A DNA stretch of 62,525 bases, counting the filler, from Choristocarpus tenellus KU-1152 (lineage: Eukaryota > Protista > Phaeophyceae), in assembly GCA_964200185.2 (NCBI GenBank). It is 9 parts of 9 records of this genome, joined end to end, with 100 filler letters (N's around TTAATTAATTAA, not from the genome) between each part and the next. Parts side by side here need not be neighbours in the genome. Positions count along the whole stretch, not along the records: positions 22,411 to 42,716 come from CAXNAD020000406.1; 8 more parts are not named here. One strand, written 5' to 3'. The notes under the pieces are model-generated. The model worked only from the letters and a program-made list of their open reading frames with translations, did no database searches and was not told the origin of the DNA. Position numbers and translations under genes: made by a program. Shown piece by piece: positions 23,729 through 37,400 of the stretch; position 1 is the first letter of the stretch; each line of letters starts with the position of its first letter.

Positions 23729-26700
23729 GTCCGGTGTACCCTTTTGGTTTTGAGGTGGGCTTCTTTGCAGTCGAGAGCGAGTGGGCTAAACTGACAGATC
23801 CAGGTATAGTTACACAAGTCTACTGTAAATGTCAAAATGAGATATGTACCTTGTCTTGAGAGTTGATTTTTGTACTGCTGCACTGTAACCGCCAGATTGA
23901 GGTACAGGTATTATTGGGAGTGTTTCTGTAACTGTAATTGCCAGATTAAGGTACAGTTGTTTTTTGGGAGTGTTTCTGTAACTGCAATTGCCAGATTGAG
24001 GTACAGTTGTTTTTGGGAATGTTTCTGTAACTGTAATTGCCAGATTCAGGTACAGATGCTTTTGGGAATGCTTCTGTAACTGCAACTGCCAGATTCAGGT
24101 ATACACATGTTCATTGTTCACTGGATAGTAGTGTGAACCCTAACCCTAATACCAAACTGCCAGTGCGAGGCGAGGTACACCTTTTTTCCTCAAGGAGTGT
24201 GTAAGTAGTAGTCGTACCTTTTTTCATGGTGATGCCCAACATAGCCCTGGTCTAGTATTCCATATTCCCATCACCATATCATTTCATTCATTGAAGAACA
24301 GAACCTGAACCTCAATCCTACCCCCCAAGAATCTACACTGGCTCTAGCTGTGACCTCACCCATACGTCCTTACACTAACCCTAACGCAACCCTAACCCTT
24401 TTGGCCCTCATTCATGCTTTTGATCACCTAAACCTGAATCAACCCTACTAGAGCTGCATGACTGTATTATACTGCTGAACATTTCAAAACCGAAGTTATT
24501 TTCTCTTTTTGCCCTAACTCTATCCCAAGTGTATTTCAACTTTTGGTGATTCATATTTTTTCCTTTTTTTCTGAAAAAAAAAACTTATTTTTATTTTATT
24601 ATTATTATTCCTGTTGTTGTTGTTACACACCAAGAAACAAACTGCCATTGACAGATCAATCCCAATCTGACCTTGAACGACCACAATCATCGTCATCATT
24701 GTTAATGTTGTCATAATCATGTATGCATGTGTGTGTATATATATGTATATGCTTGCATTAACTCATGGACTAGGACTGCTCAATCAGTCAATCAATCAAT
24801 CAATCAAAATAGCTTGAAGTGTAATGTCTTAGAAACTGTTTGAAACATAGACAATTTGCTTTTCTCATCCTCATCTTCTCTGTTCTTCCATGATGAAATA
24901 GTAAAGTGGACCTCTACTGGTATAGAGTCCACACCATTGAGGTGTCTAGAGTAAAAGGTATTTTCCTTTCTTCCCATCGGAATACCTTTGTCACTGCTGC
25001 ATAGTCAAATGAAAAAATTGCTCTAATTTGTCGTATTTGTGTTTGTATTGAATGATAATACTAAGAATGATAGTAATAATATTAATACGTTTGTATTGAA
25101 TGATAGTACTAAGAGTGATAATAATAATATTATAATATTTGTATTAAATGATAATACTAAGAGTGATAATAATTTATAGTATTGAAATATTTGTATTGAA
25201 CAATAATTCCAAGAGTGACTATTATCAAAAATGTTAAAATATTTGTATTGAACAATAATTCCTAGAGTGATTATAATAATAATATTAAGATATTGAAGGT
25301 TCAGCATGTGTGTGTGATGATGTGCTCAAATGTAAATTTATTTTCAACAGCCTACCAGGCGGTTCGATGTGAGGTGTTGGACTACTTCACTCGCCAAAGA
25401 GAGGGATTGAGAGATGACCATGTTCTTTTCTCCTTTGAGCAGAGCATGTCCTTTACCACCGCGGAGTTCCAGCTCATTGACCAGGCGAGTGCTGGGCAGA
25501 GGTGGTAGTGTGCCTGTGTGGTGCTGGGGGGGGGTGGGGTGTTTTTTGTGCCATAGGGTGTGATATTTTTTTTGTTATGTGTTCAACAATCTCAGGGTTA
25601 GGGTTGATAATAATATTAGTGATAGTAATAGTAATAGTGTACAACAATCTCAGGGTTAGAGTTGATAGTAGTATTAGTGATGGTAATAGTTTCTAGATTG
25701 TAAGGCTATTTTTTCATGGCAAATCTATCCCGCTGTGGCATATATTTATATTTTTCATGTTTTGGTGTTGGTATTAGAGTGTACACAGAGCACATCATGC
25801 GAATTATTGAACATCTTGTGTCTTTATCCCTAACTCTAACCCAGAGATTGACCTATGACCTACCCAGACTCAGCAATTGTTTTGTGGGGATAACTCAAAT
25901 CATGTGTCTTAGGAACACACACATGATGCATTGATTTGCAGTCCATCCACTCCCTGAAAAGCAGTCACCTTGCATGAAATCTTGCATGATTTCCAAGTCA
26001 ATAATCCCCGCCTTGCTTTGTATTGATTGTGTGTTTTAGAGTGGGTCGGACTAGTACATTGTATATTGTATATTGTATATTGTATACTGTATATTGTATA
26101 TTGTATATTGTATACTGTATGGTGTATATTGTATATTGTATATTGTATACTGTATGGTGTATATTGTATATTGTATATTGTATGGTGTATATTGTATATT
26201 GTATACTGTATACTGTATGGTGTATACTGTATATTGTATGGTGTATATTGTATACTGTATGGTGTATACTGTATATTGTATACTATATGGTGTATATTGT
26301 ATATTGTATATTGTATGGTGTATATTGTATACTGTATGGTGTATATTGTATATTGTATACTGTATGGTGTATATTGTATACTGTATATTGTATGGTGTAT
26401 ATTGTATACTGTATATTGTATACTGTATGGTGTATACTGTATATTGTATACTGTATGGTGTATATTGTATGGTGTATATTGTATACTGTATGGTGTATAC
26501 TGTATATTGTATACTGTATATTGTATACTGTATGGTATATATTGTATACTGTATGGTGTATATTGTATACTGTATGGTGTATATTGTATACTGTATGGTG
26601 TATATTGTATACTGTATGGTGTATATTGTATACTGTATATTGTATGGTGTATATTGTATATTGTATGGTGTATATTGTATACTGTATGGTGTATACTGTA

Positions 26701-28447
26701 TATTGTATACTGTATGGTGTATATTGTATACTGTATGGTGTATACTGTATGGTGTATATTGTATACTGTATGGTATATATTGTATACTGTATGGTGTATA
26801 TTGTATACTGTATGGTATATATTGTATACTGTATATTGTATGGTGTATATTGTATACTGTATGGTGTATATTGTATACTGTATGATGTATACTGTATATT
26901 GTATACTGTATGGTGTATATTGTATGGTGTATATTGTATACTGTATGGTGTATATTGTATACTGTATGGTGTATATTGTATACTGTATATTGTATATTGT
27001 ATACTGTATGGTGTATATTGTATGGTGTATATTGTATACTGTATGGTGTATACTGTATATTGTATACTGTATGGTGTATGGTGTATATTGTATACTGTAT
27101 GGTGTATATTGTATACTGTATATTGTATACTGTATGGTGTATATTGTATATTGTATACTGTATATTGTATATTGTATATTGTATGGTGTATATTGTATGG
27201 TGTATATTGTATGCTTTTTAGTCGTGGACATGTTTGTCCTTGTTATTGGATGTAGTGAGTGAGAGAGTAGTCATTAGCAACTGATGCTACATTATTTTTA
27301 TTTACATTTAGTTATTTTTTTCTCAAAAAGCGGTTTTTCCATGTGTGTGGTGTTTCACAGACGATAATTGTTTATTATTATTTTTATTATTGTCATTGCT
27401 GTTACTGTTACTCTTTCATCATAATTATTGTTACTGTTACTATTTTCATCATTAATATTATTTTATTATTATTATTTTCATTATTGTTATTGTTATTGCT
27501 GTTACTGCTGTCATCATAAATATATATTAATTTTAATATTATGTTACTGTTACTGTTACTGTTACTGTTGTCATCATTAACGTTTTTTTTTTTTCATTAC
27601 TGTCATTGTTATTGCCGTTACTGTTTCATCATTGACATTATTATTATTTTTATCACTATTTCATTGTTATTATTTTGCGGTTGTTACCTTGGTTACAAAT
27701 CCTATAATTGCTATTATTTTTTTCATTATTGGGTTAACTGTGATCATAACCATTGTTACATTATTGTTATTACTACTATTGGGTTAACTGTGATCATAAC
27801 CATTGTTACATTATTGTTATTACTACTATTGGGTTAACTGTGATCATAACCATTGTTACATTATTGTTGTTACTACTATTGGGTTTGTGTTGGTGCTAGG
27901 GGTGTTGCAGAGACAGTGAAGTTTTGGCACATAAACTGGATTATGAAAACGCCTATTCCACCACATAGATAAGGCAATAGATGTGTTCGAGTATTGAAAT
28001 ACCATTAGGTTGTTGGACATACGACCTCGCTGTCAAAGTTGATATGCATATTCCATCCCAAATTCCACAATATATTTGTTAACCCTGACCCTAACCCTAA
28101 CCCTCCTAACCCTAACCCTGACTCTAATCCCCAACAGTCATTTGAGAACCAACAAAATCACAATGTTCATAAACCCCCTCCCTTGCTCTTCCTTGTGGCT
28201 GCTGCTGTTGTGTGTCTCTCTCTTTTATTGTTGTGATATACATTTTTTATTTTCCAGATTTGCCTTCAGATGGGTTATCCCCGAGGTGATCCTTGGCTGT
28301 ACTTATCTGGAGATAACCCAGAGCTGCTTGATGTTTATCCAGAACTAGCATACATGAGGGATATTGTTTATCTTCTCAAGGCAATGATGGCACCCACATC
28401 TGATGCACTCCCTGAGGTACCTGATTCTATTATTTAATTTATTTTAA

Positions 28448-28483
<36 letters not shown>

Positions 28484-29273
28484 TTATTTTTCATGATGTC
28501 TGCCATATAATCAAGGTAGTATCAATAGTAATGTGATTGAGGGAGAAACTAATTCTATTCAAAATAATTCTGTAGAAAGTAATTCTGTTCAAATTAGTTC
28601 TATTGAAGTAATTATATTGAAGTGGTTTTATTGAAAGTAATTATATTCAAAGTAATTCTATTGGCTCAGTATGAGGTACAGATCTTTTGTTGGTCTACAG
28701 GCTGTAGTTGTTGAGAAACGAATTTCATGTACTGTGTATTCTAATGTTGTCACTATTTTTCACCTGACTAGTATTCTGTGTATTCTAATGTTGTCACTAT
28801 TTTTCACCTGACTAGTATTCTGTGTATTCTAATGTTGTCACTATTTTTCACCTGACTAGTATTCTGTGTATTCTAGTGTTGTCACTATTTTTCACCTGAC
28901 TAGTATTCTATGCGTACAAGTATATACTCCTTAGATCAATGCCACACACTCTCACACACTCTGGGCATGTGTAAACAGATGTATGTATATAGACATACAT
29001 ATTTATTTATTTTTGTGTGTGTACACCGAGACTTACTGGTCCTAAGTAAATATATATATATATATATATATATTTGCTCAATTGTTTGTGTCTTTTATTA
29101 ATTATCGTTCAATACATGAGTTACAGGTTATTTGTAATGTTTTTATTATCAAGGGTTAGGGTTTCACAAGGGCTGTTTCATTTCGATCTGAATATACCGG
29201 TGTTTGTATATACAAGCCCACGGAGAAAATGCCATGCAAGGTGGTACAAATGAACGACCTCTTGCCCACTACC

Positions 29274-29320
<47 letters not shown>

Positions 29321-32300
29321 TTAATAAAAAAAATCAGGTTCGAGCGTGGACGCCTGCTGATGCAAGGTTACACTGGAAATGGGTTGGGGCTGAAGAAGGA
29401 TATACAGTGAAGGTGGGTGGAGTGGGTTGAGATGGTGATCTCTTGTCTGTGGAGAGTGTGTAGTGATGAATCATGTCAGATCAGACCCTCTAGATAGAGG
29501 TGTACCATGTATCAGACCCTTTAGATATAGAGTTATATCTTGTATCAGACCCTCTAGATTGAGGTATATCTTGTATCAGACCCTCTAGATTGAGGCATAT
29601 CTTGTATCAGACCCTCTAGATAGAGGTACATCTTGTATTGTCATGGGTTCTATGATTGGAGGGATGTACGTAAGTGATCAAGAAGACAAGGAGGAGCCTC
29701 TTCTGGGCTTCCCTATCATTCAATTGTAACCCTAACCCACCCCCCAACCACAGTTTTGACTCTATTTTTTTTTCTTTTTCTTCAAAAAGAGTATCCATGG
29801 TCCTCTTCTAAAATTATCAACAGGGATTTGGAGGGAGAGTTCTAGAGTGTCAGGCATTTGTGGGCGTGGATGGCGAGGAGAGAGGAAAGAAGGGCGCCCT
29901 TGGTCTGTTCAGAAAGTGAGTCCTTACTCCTCTGTTTTCCTGGCGATCAAATGACTACAGAGTTTTTTTTGTATTTTTTTTTGGAGCTGATTTAAAAAAG
30001 AAAAGTTCTGTGCTTTTAGTGTTTGGAATGTTTGTGTTGCGGCCATTACACAGTGTTTTTATTTTCTAAGAGTGAGATGCACAAAAAAAATACATTTTTT
30101 TATTTTTTTAATGAGATGGCAGCAATTTGTATGTGTATTACGATCAGCGGAGTGTGAATAATGGACTCGTGTCTGACATGAGGTTTAATCTTTGAGACTT
30201 GATTGTTTACTTTTCTGTGATTTTCTAAGGATATTATTCTAAGGATCATTACGTACGATGTACGATTGTAGTATGAATAGTATGTATAGTATGTATAGTA
30301 TGTATAGTATGTATAGTATGTATAGTATGTATAGTATGTATAGTATGTATAGTATGTATAGTATATATAGTATGTATAGTATGTATAGTATGTATAGTAT
30401 GAATAGTATATATAGTATGTATAGTATGTATAGTATGTATAGTATATATAGTATGTATAGTATGTATAGCATGTATAGTATGAATAGATAACATGAGCCC
30501 TTGTGGCATGGCATGTTGTGGTATGTGGTATGTGGTATGTATTACAACAGGTTCTTGCGAGTGGTGGGCATGTCCAAGACAAGGGCTCCACTGTCAGGGG
30601 CTAACCCATCCAATTTGGTGGACAAGAGGATTGAGACAGAGGATGATGTGCTACATGTTCATGTGAGTAGTGTTCAATACCTGTGGTTGACTGTGATGAT
30701 TCATGAAGTGCATTACATGAGTGTGATGATTCATGAAGTGCATTACATGAGTGTGATGTGCGATTGGTTGATTGATACATCGATTGGTTGATTGATTCGT
30801 TGGTTGATTAATTCATTGACTGGTGAAAAATGAGTTTGTTTGGTGCAGTATGCAATGGTGTTCAAAAGTTTGGAATATTTTTTTGTGCAAAAAAGAAGCA
30901 ACCTATGACAAGGTCGGGTTGGATTTCAAAGAGGAACAAAGATGTATGTACTAGGAATAGAATTTAGAGTGTACCTGGCAACAAGTTGATATGTTCCAAT
31001 TCAACAAAGATACAGGATGAGAAGAGAAATGATACACGCACACACACTCACACAACAATATGTATATATAAATAAAATGAGGGGAATTAACTTTATTGTA
31101 ACTACTTTGACTACAAGGAGGTACTTGCCTGTTTGTCCAGCTGTCAGTATGTTATGTATTGAAGGGTGTGGAGATTTTTTTTATTTTTATAAATAGTTTG
31201 TATGGAGGCGTTGCATGATCGGTGCTTCCATTAGCTCCACATTGGGTGGATTTAGTTTATAGGTGTAAGGTCATGCATGTTCCAGTTGTACACGATAGCA
31301 GTGTGTTGTGTATGTAGTGTTAGAGATCCCAATGGTGAGACTGTAGCATCTTCTTGTGTAAATATGTTCTAGGTACACACATGATATTTCAAAAGCCTTT
31401 TGAAAAAGATGCCATGTTTACTCACACGCTATGTCCACTTTACATTTGATATATATATATATTGCGTTGTTCCTGTTCGTTTTCATTATTGAAGAACACT
31501 ACTATTCATATATATATTCTGTATTGACAATGCGTACTTTCAGAATAATATTTGGAACTTTTTCTTTAAAAAAAAGAAGAAAATTGTTCTTTTCTGTATG
31601 TTGTCTTTTTGGGAAGTACGTACATTCAAGTGTATGTATGTGCACACTCTTACACATACGCATGCATGCAGTACATACACACACAAAATATTTTCATTTT
31701 TTTTTTAGTGTGATGTCTGTCTCACCCACATTGCACCGAATGTCTTTATGTTGGTACTCCAGACACTACCCGATTTTGGCGATCTACTTCGTGCCAGGGA
31801 CTGCGAGCTCCTCCTGCAGTACCTCACAGTACCATACATGCGTATCCCTCTGGTACTGGAATTTTTCTCGGACCCGGTCCGGATGCAGGTACTGTATTGG
31901 GACTTAGGGTTAGGGTTTTTTGGAACTTTTGGTACAGTTTTAGGACTTGTGGATCTTGTCCAGAGGGTTTTAGGACTTGGGTTTGTGATTAGATTTTTGT
32001 ATTGTCGTGAGTATTTTATTGGACCAGGTTCACAGGGTTAGGGATGGGGTTGGGGTTACGGTTGGGGATGGGGTTAGGGTTAGGGGTTAGCGGAAGCAGG
32101 AGAGGGGTTTGATGGGGAAGTGTTATTGTTGTGTTGATTGAGGTTGTGCAAAGGGGGAGTGATGTTGATCTTGTGTGCATTGTGTACATTGAGGGGTCTA
32201 AAGAGTAGGTGGGTGTGATTGCGACTGTGCTTGTGATTGTAATGTATGTACGGTATGCAGGTGAGGGTTAGGGTTAGGGTTAGGGATAGGGATAGGGTTA

Positions 32301-34425
32301 GGGTTAGGGTTAGAGGTGAGGATTAAGAGGAGAGAGGGATTCTTGAGGAAGAAGATGAGTGAAAGTATGAAATAGTGGGAGTAGGTGGTGCTTTTGTTGG
32401 TATTGATGTTGTTGGTATTGATTGATGTTGTTAGTATTGATGGATGTTGTTAGTACTGATGGATGTTAGTATTGATCGATGTTGATATTGAACCGTGTGT
32501 GGGGGGTTGGATGATTATTTTTTAATGGTCTTTTCGGAGGTGCAATTTTTTTCATTTTTTGTTTGAAAAGGGTATACCTTTGAGTGGTGCTGTATAAGAT
32601 AAGATGGCATGGTTTGGTCCAGAAGTTTTTGTACTTGTTTCTTGCATAGTTCGTGGTAGGAATTGATGTGACAACTTTGAAGTATACAACTTTGAATTAT
32701 ACCCACTTTTTGTCGGAAGGACATGGACTGCAGATGCAAGCATGATTGGAAGTACATTTCTGCGAATATGTTTTCAGACAGTACCGAAGATAGGGTACAC
32801 CTTGGAGGGTGAAAAGAGTACTCTAGTGTTATCAATGCAATGAATTCCTGTTTTTTGTTATTTCTCTAACCATTTTGATTGAATATATATATTGTTATTA
32901 TTAATATTGTAATGTGATCACCATTGGCTGTGCCTACACCCATACACTTAGATCTCTCTCTCTCTCTCTCTATGTATATATATATATATATATATTGTGT
33001 GTGTGTGTGCTTGAGAATGTTTTGACATGATGTGAATGGACACCAACGATTACCTCTTACCCATCTCTGCATCCCCTCTGTATTACTGTATAATTTTTCT
33101 GTCTTGGTAAGGTGTTGTGGAGTGAGGAGCTGCAGGAGGTTCTGGATGCCACCCTGTTTGAGCCTGCTCAGTGGCAGGTGCTGTTGGGGATCTCACTAAT
33201 CATAAGAATAATATTAAGAATAATAATATAAACACACCTTTTAATATGTGGTTTCTATATATGGGTTAGGTATTGTGTAGATCTAGCTCTTTTTTTTTAT
33301 TCCCTCTATAATTTCACTCTCTGTGATACATTAATTTTAATGTGTTCATACTTATTTTACAATAAGTGCAGTGTTGTAAATTCAATTCCTTTTTTGTTTT
33401 ATTTCTGATGAATATTTGTAGGTCGGTGTTTTTATGCCTGGGAGGTCGGTCGTCTTGGATGTACAGGAGGTGGATAGTGAGTCAGGGGTTTTTATAGAGA
33501 GGTTTTGTGGATGTCTTGGTGGTGTTTCAGTTAGGGGGGGGGGGGGTTGTGTTCAAGAGATGGCGAATGGGTCTGGGCATGATTATTTTGTCATGGGTTT
33601 TGTAGAGAGGTGAGTTAGAATTGTTGCACACTGAAGAGGTTGGTTGGGGAGATTGATTATAGTGGTGGTTAGTTTGGGGTGACTCTGAAGCATGTGTGTG
33701 ATTTGTTTGAATCTTTTGATGCTTTGTGGCGTGGTTCTTTTGATCTCTGTTGAAAATATTTTTATTATGCAGGGCCCCCAGATTGATATCCATCAGATGT
33801 TCTTGTTTTTTTTACTCATTCCATGTTATGACGAGGCCACTCCCTAATTTTTTTCCTCTCTTTGAGTATTTTGTTTTGTTATTATTTTTTTGGCACCCTG
33901 TTAGTGCACTGCTTGCCTGCCTGCTTGCCTGCCTGCCTGCCTGCCTGCATGTCTGCTGACATGCTTGACCTTGCCATGTATAGCTTGCATTTATTTCTTT
34001 TTCTTTTTTCTTTTAATTAATGATAATAATTAATTAAGTGTTGCCTTTGTTTTAATCATAGGTTGCTGAGGAGAAGGTCATGCCTACAAGCATACCCGCC
34101 ACTGGTCGAGAGCACCTGACTACTCCTTGTGGGCTGCTCTTCAATGAACTCCTCAAGAGCCCCAAGGTGCCTGAGGGCCACATTTTTTTTTTTTGGTGAT
34201 GTGAAATTCTCTTTCTTGTTTTAAGAGCCTATGCAAGCAGCAGGCATGTCTTTCATGTTTTAACCCTAGCCCTCGTGGTATGTGTCAAGTCTCTATGTTT
34301 TTATATTTGATGGTGTACCTCCTTTGTGTCATTCTCAAAAAAAAATCGTACCTTTTTTTGTTACCGTGTAACTGTAGTAATTTTCTCCTTACATGTAATA
34401 AACGCCTTTAAAATATCCACAGAAC

Positions 34426-34478
<53 letters not shown>

Positions 34479-37400
34479 TTCCCCCCTTCTTTCCTTTTTT
34501 TCTTTCTCTATAATTTTNNNNNNNNNNCCCACCCACCCCTTTCTCCCTCTCTCTCTTCCCTTTCTTGCCTCATTTCTTTTCCAATGGAACAAATGGATTA
34601 TTATTTGAAAAAAATAAATTATGTGTGTACACGTATCGTCTTGCGTATTTTTTTTATTTTTTTTTAAACAAATGAACTAAATTGTACATAAAAAAAACAA
34701 CGAAAGGTTCTCCTCGCCAGCGTGAACAAGATGTTGGACACTGCCCTGGAGCTGGACACGGGGCGTTACACAAAGGGGCAGAGCCCGCTCATCCTCTTCA
34801 TACTACGGCTGGTGGTTCGGGTGGAGGGATTTCTCCTCTTCCTTGCAGATGAGACCAAGGGAATACGCACGAGGGGGTTGGGGAAGAAAGACAGGTGTGC
34901 CTTGAGAGTCTTATTTGTTTTTGTGTTTGTGTTTGTGTTGGTGTTTTTGTTTGGGTTTGTGTGTGTGTGTTTTTTTTTAAGAATTTTATTTTTTATTTCA
35001 ATGTATTTTGGGTAATCGGTGAGCTTTTTTTTTTCAAGGTGATCAATGATTGCTCTCATTTTTTTCAAAGATGCGTGTTTTATTTTTATTCTTATTTTTA
35101 TTTTTGTTGTTTATTGTTTATTTCTGACTTGGGTGTGCACTTGAGAAGATATTGTAGTTTTTTTTTGTCTGCTATGAGATGATTAGAGGATCGTGATCGT
35201 CTTAGGCTAAGGGAGGAGGGGGGGGGAGGGAAGGTGGCTAAGGGAGGAGAAGGTCGGCATGCAAACAGAAAAGTTTAAGTCAAGAGAAGAGAAGAGAAGA
35301 GTAATAAAGAAAAGAAAAGAAATGGAAAGGAAAGAAGAGAATGTTGTATGGAAAGTAGGATGTAGATCTTTCCTATGTAATAGAAGAGGGATAATTTAAG
35401 CCCGTTGGGGAGTTGATATTTACGTAACTAATAGTGCATGTCTGTTACTGTATGTCTGTACCTGTATGTGTGTTACTCTGTTTTTTTACCCTAACCCTAG
35501 TCCCTGATTCCAACACCTTTTTGTGACTAGTGAATGACAGTGTGGTATGTGGGTTTCTTGACCTGTAGCTTACATAGGGTATTTATTCCTATTACTACAT
35601 TTGGGTGTTTTTCTTTTGTGTCCAGTAGATTTATGTACATACACATATTTTTATGTGTGTATATGTGCATGTATGCGATGTTGAAGTTTGTTTACGTTTA
35701 AGGACATAATAGTGCACTGTTTTGATGAGTGAAGTACATGCTACAGAAAAAAAATAGATACCTACCTCTGAAGAAGTGTTTTTTTTTTTGAGGATACACA
35801 GGTGACTAGTTCGAAAGGGTGGAAGAGCACCATCCATAGATCAAGTGAAAAACTCTTTTTTTTTGAATATTTTATTTGTTTTTAATGAAATGAAACATTC
35901 TTTTAGTTTAAATATTTTATTTGTTTTCATGAAGTGAAACATTCTTTTAGTTTAAATATTTTATTTGTTTTCATGAAGTGAAACATTCTTTTAGTTTAAA
36001 TGTTTTTTTTGTTTTCATGAAGTGAAAAACTCTTTTAGTTTAAATATTTTATTTGTTTTCATGAAGTGAAATACTCTTTTGGTTTAAATGTTTTATTTGT
36101 TTTCATCTCACACCTGTTTTGTGTGAAGACTTATGTTGTTGTAGTAATCATTTTGTAATAATGATAATATTAATGTTCATCAAAGTAGCAAGGTTCAACC
36201 TTCAATTGTCAATTTCATTGCCTTCCAAGTGTCTCACCCGATAGACCCCAGCATATCAATCTCTTCCTCTTTACATCAGGTTGAACCATACCATTTGAAT
36301 TGTGATACAATATCATTGTGATACAATATCGTACTTACTTTCAGGACCTGAAACAAGGTGTTGGTTAAGATATCGTTCCAATTATTGGCGCATATATATG
36401 TATATATTATTATTATTATTATTATTATTTCTTTCATGTTTTTAAATTGTTTGGAGTGATGCTCCACTTTTGGAACAATTACAAAACGTGTTCAGCGATC
36501 GAACAGAATCAGGGATTAAAAATATATATATATATATATATATGTAGATGTATTTTTTTAATGTTCTGATAATACTTGTGGCCAATTGTACCACCCCCCA
36601 CTCTTCAATATATATATATATATGTATATATATGTATATGTATTTTTAACCTTTATTACTCTCTCTCTCTCTCTCTCTCTCATGAGTGTATCATATGAAT
36701 GTTGTATGTGAATTGTGTATGTATATGTGTTTGTGTGTATGGGTATTTACCTTGTTTCATTCTGACTCTTGTCACATTTTGAAAAACACATCATTGACAA
36801 ACCAGGGACGTAGCCATCCTGGAAGAGCTAGGACAGGCACAAGGGGGATGGAGAACAAGACTCAACAAGGAGGCCTTCCCCATGATAGAGAGATGGCTGA
36901 AGAGGGCCAACAAGTAAGTCAATGCCCCTCCCCTGACTCCACACACACACACACACACACACCCTTCCATCACTATTTTCTGCGTCAATTTTTTAAAAAC
37001 TATTTTGGGAGCCTCTCATCCACTGAACTGTTACTTATTTTATTTGTTCATAATGTGCCTATCCTAACCCTAATCCCTTACATTTTTTTTCTTTTATGCC
37101 TAGTATGAGTGACACCTCCTGATTCATTTCCCCGATGCTCTTGGATGCAGTAATCCTTTTCTGATTCTCCCATAATAACCCCCTTGACGGCACCTCCTTT
37201 CCCTAACCCTATCTCTGTACGCCTCCTCCGATTCATTTCCCTGATGTTTTTGGATGCAGTGACCATTTTGTGATTCTCCCATAATAGCCCCCTCGACAGT
37301 ACCTCCATCCCTAACCCTATCTCTGTACCATGCTTCCCCTGTGTGTGTTTTGTGTCTCTGTAGAGATGGGGACACTGCTGTGGCCTGTGTTCTTCATGCT

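Noticed and set aside
25909-27262. Long 270-440 aa ORFs on both strands
   Set aside because: Translations of a heptamer satellite lying inside an intron
28732-29638. Regular 31-50 bp repeats as CRISPR arrays
   Set aside because: Head-to-tail tandem units with no unique spacers and no cas genes, in eukaryotic introns
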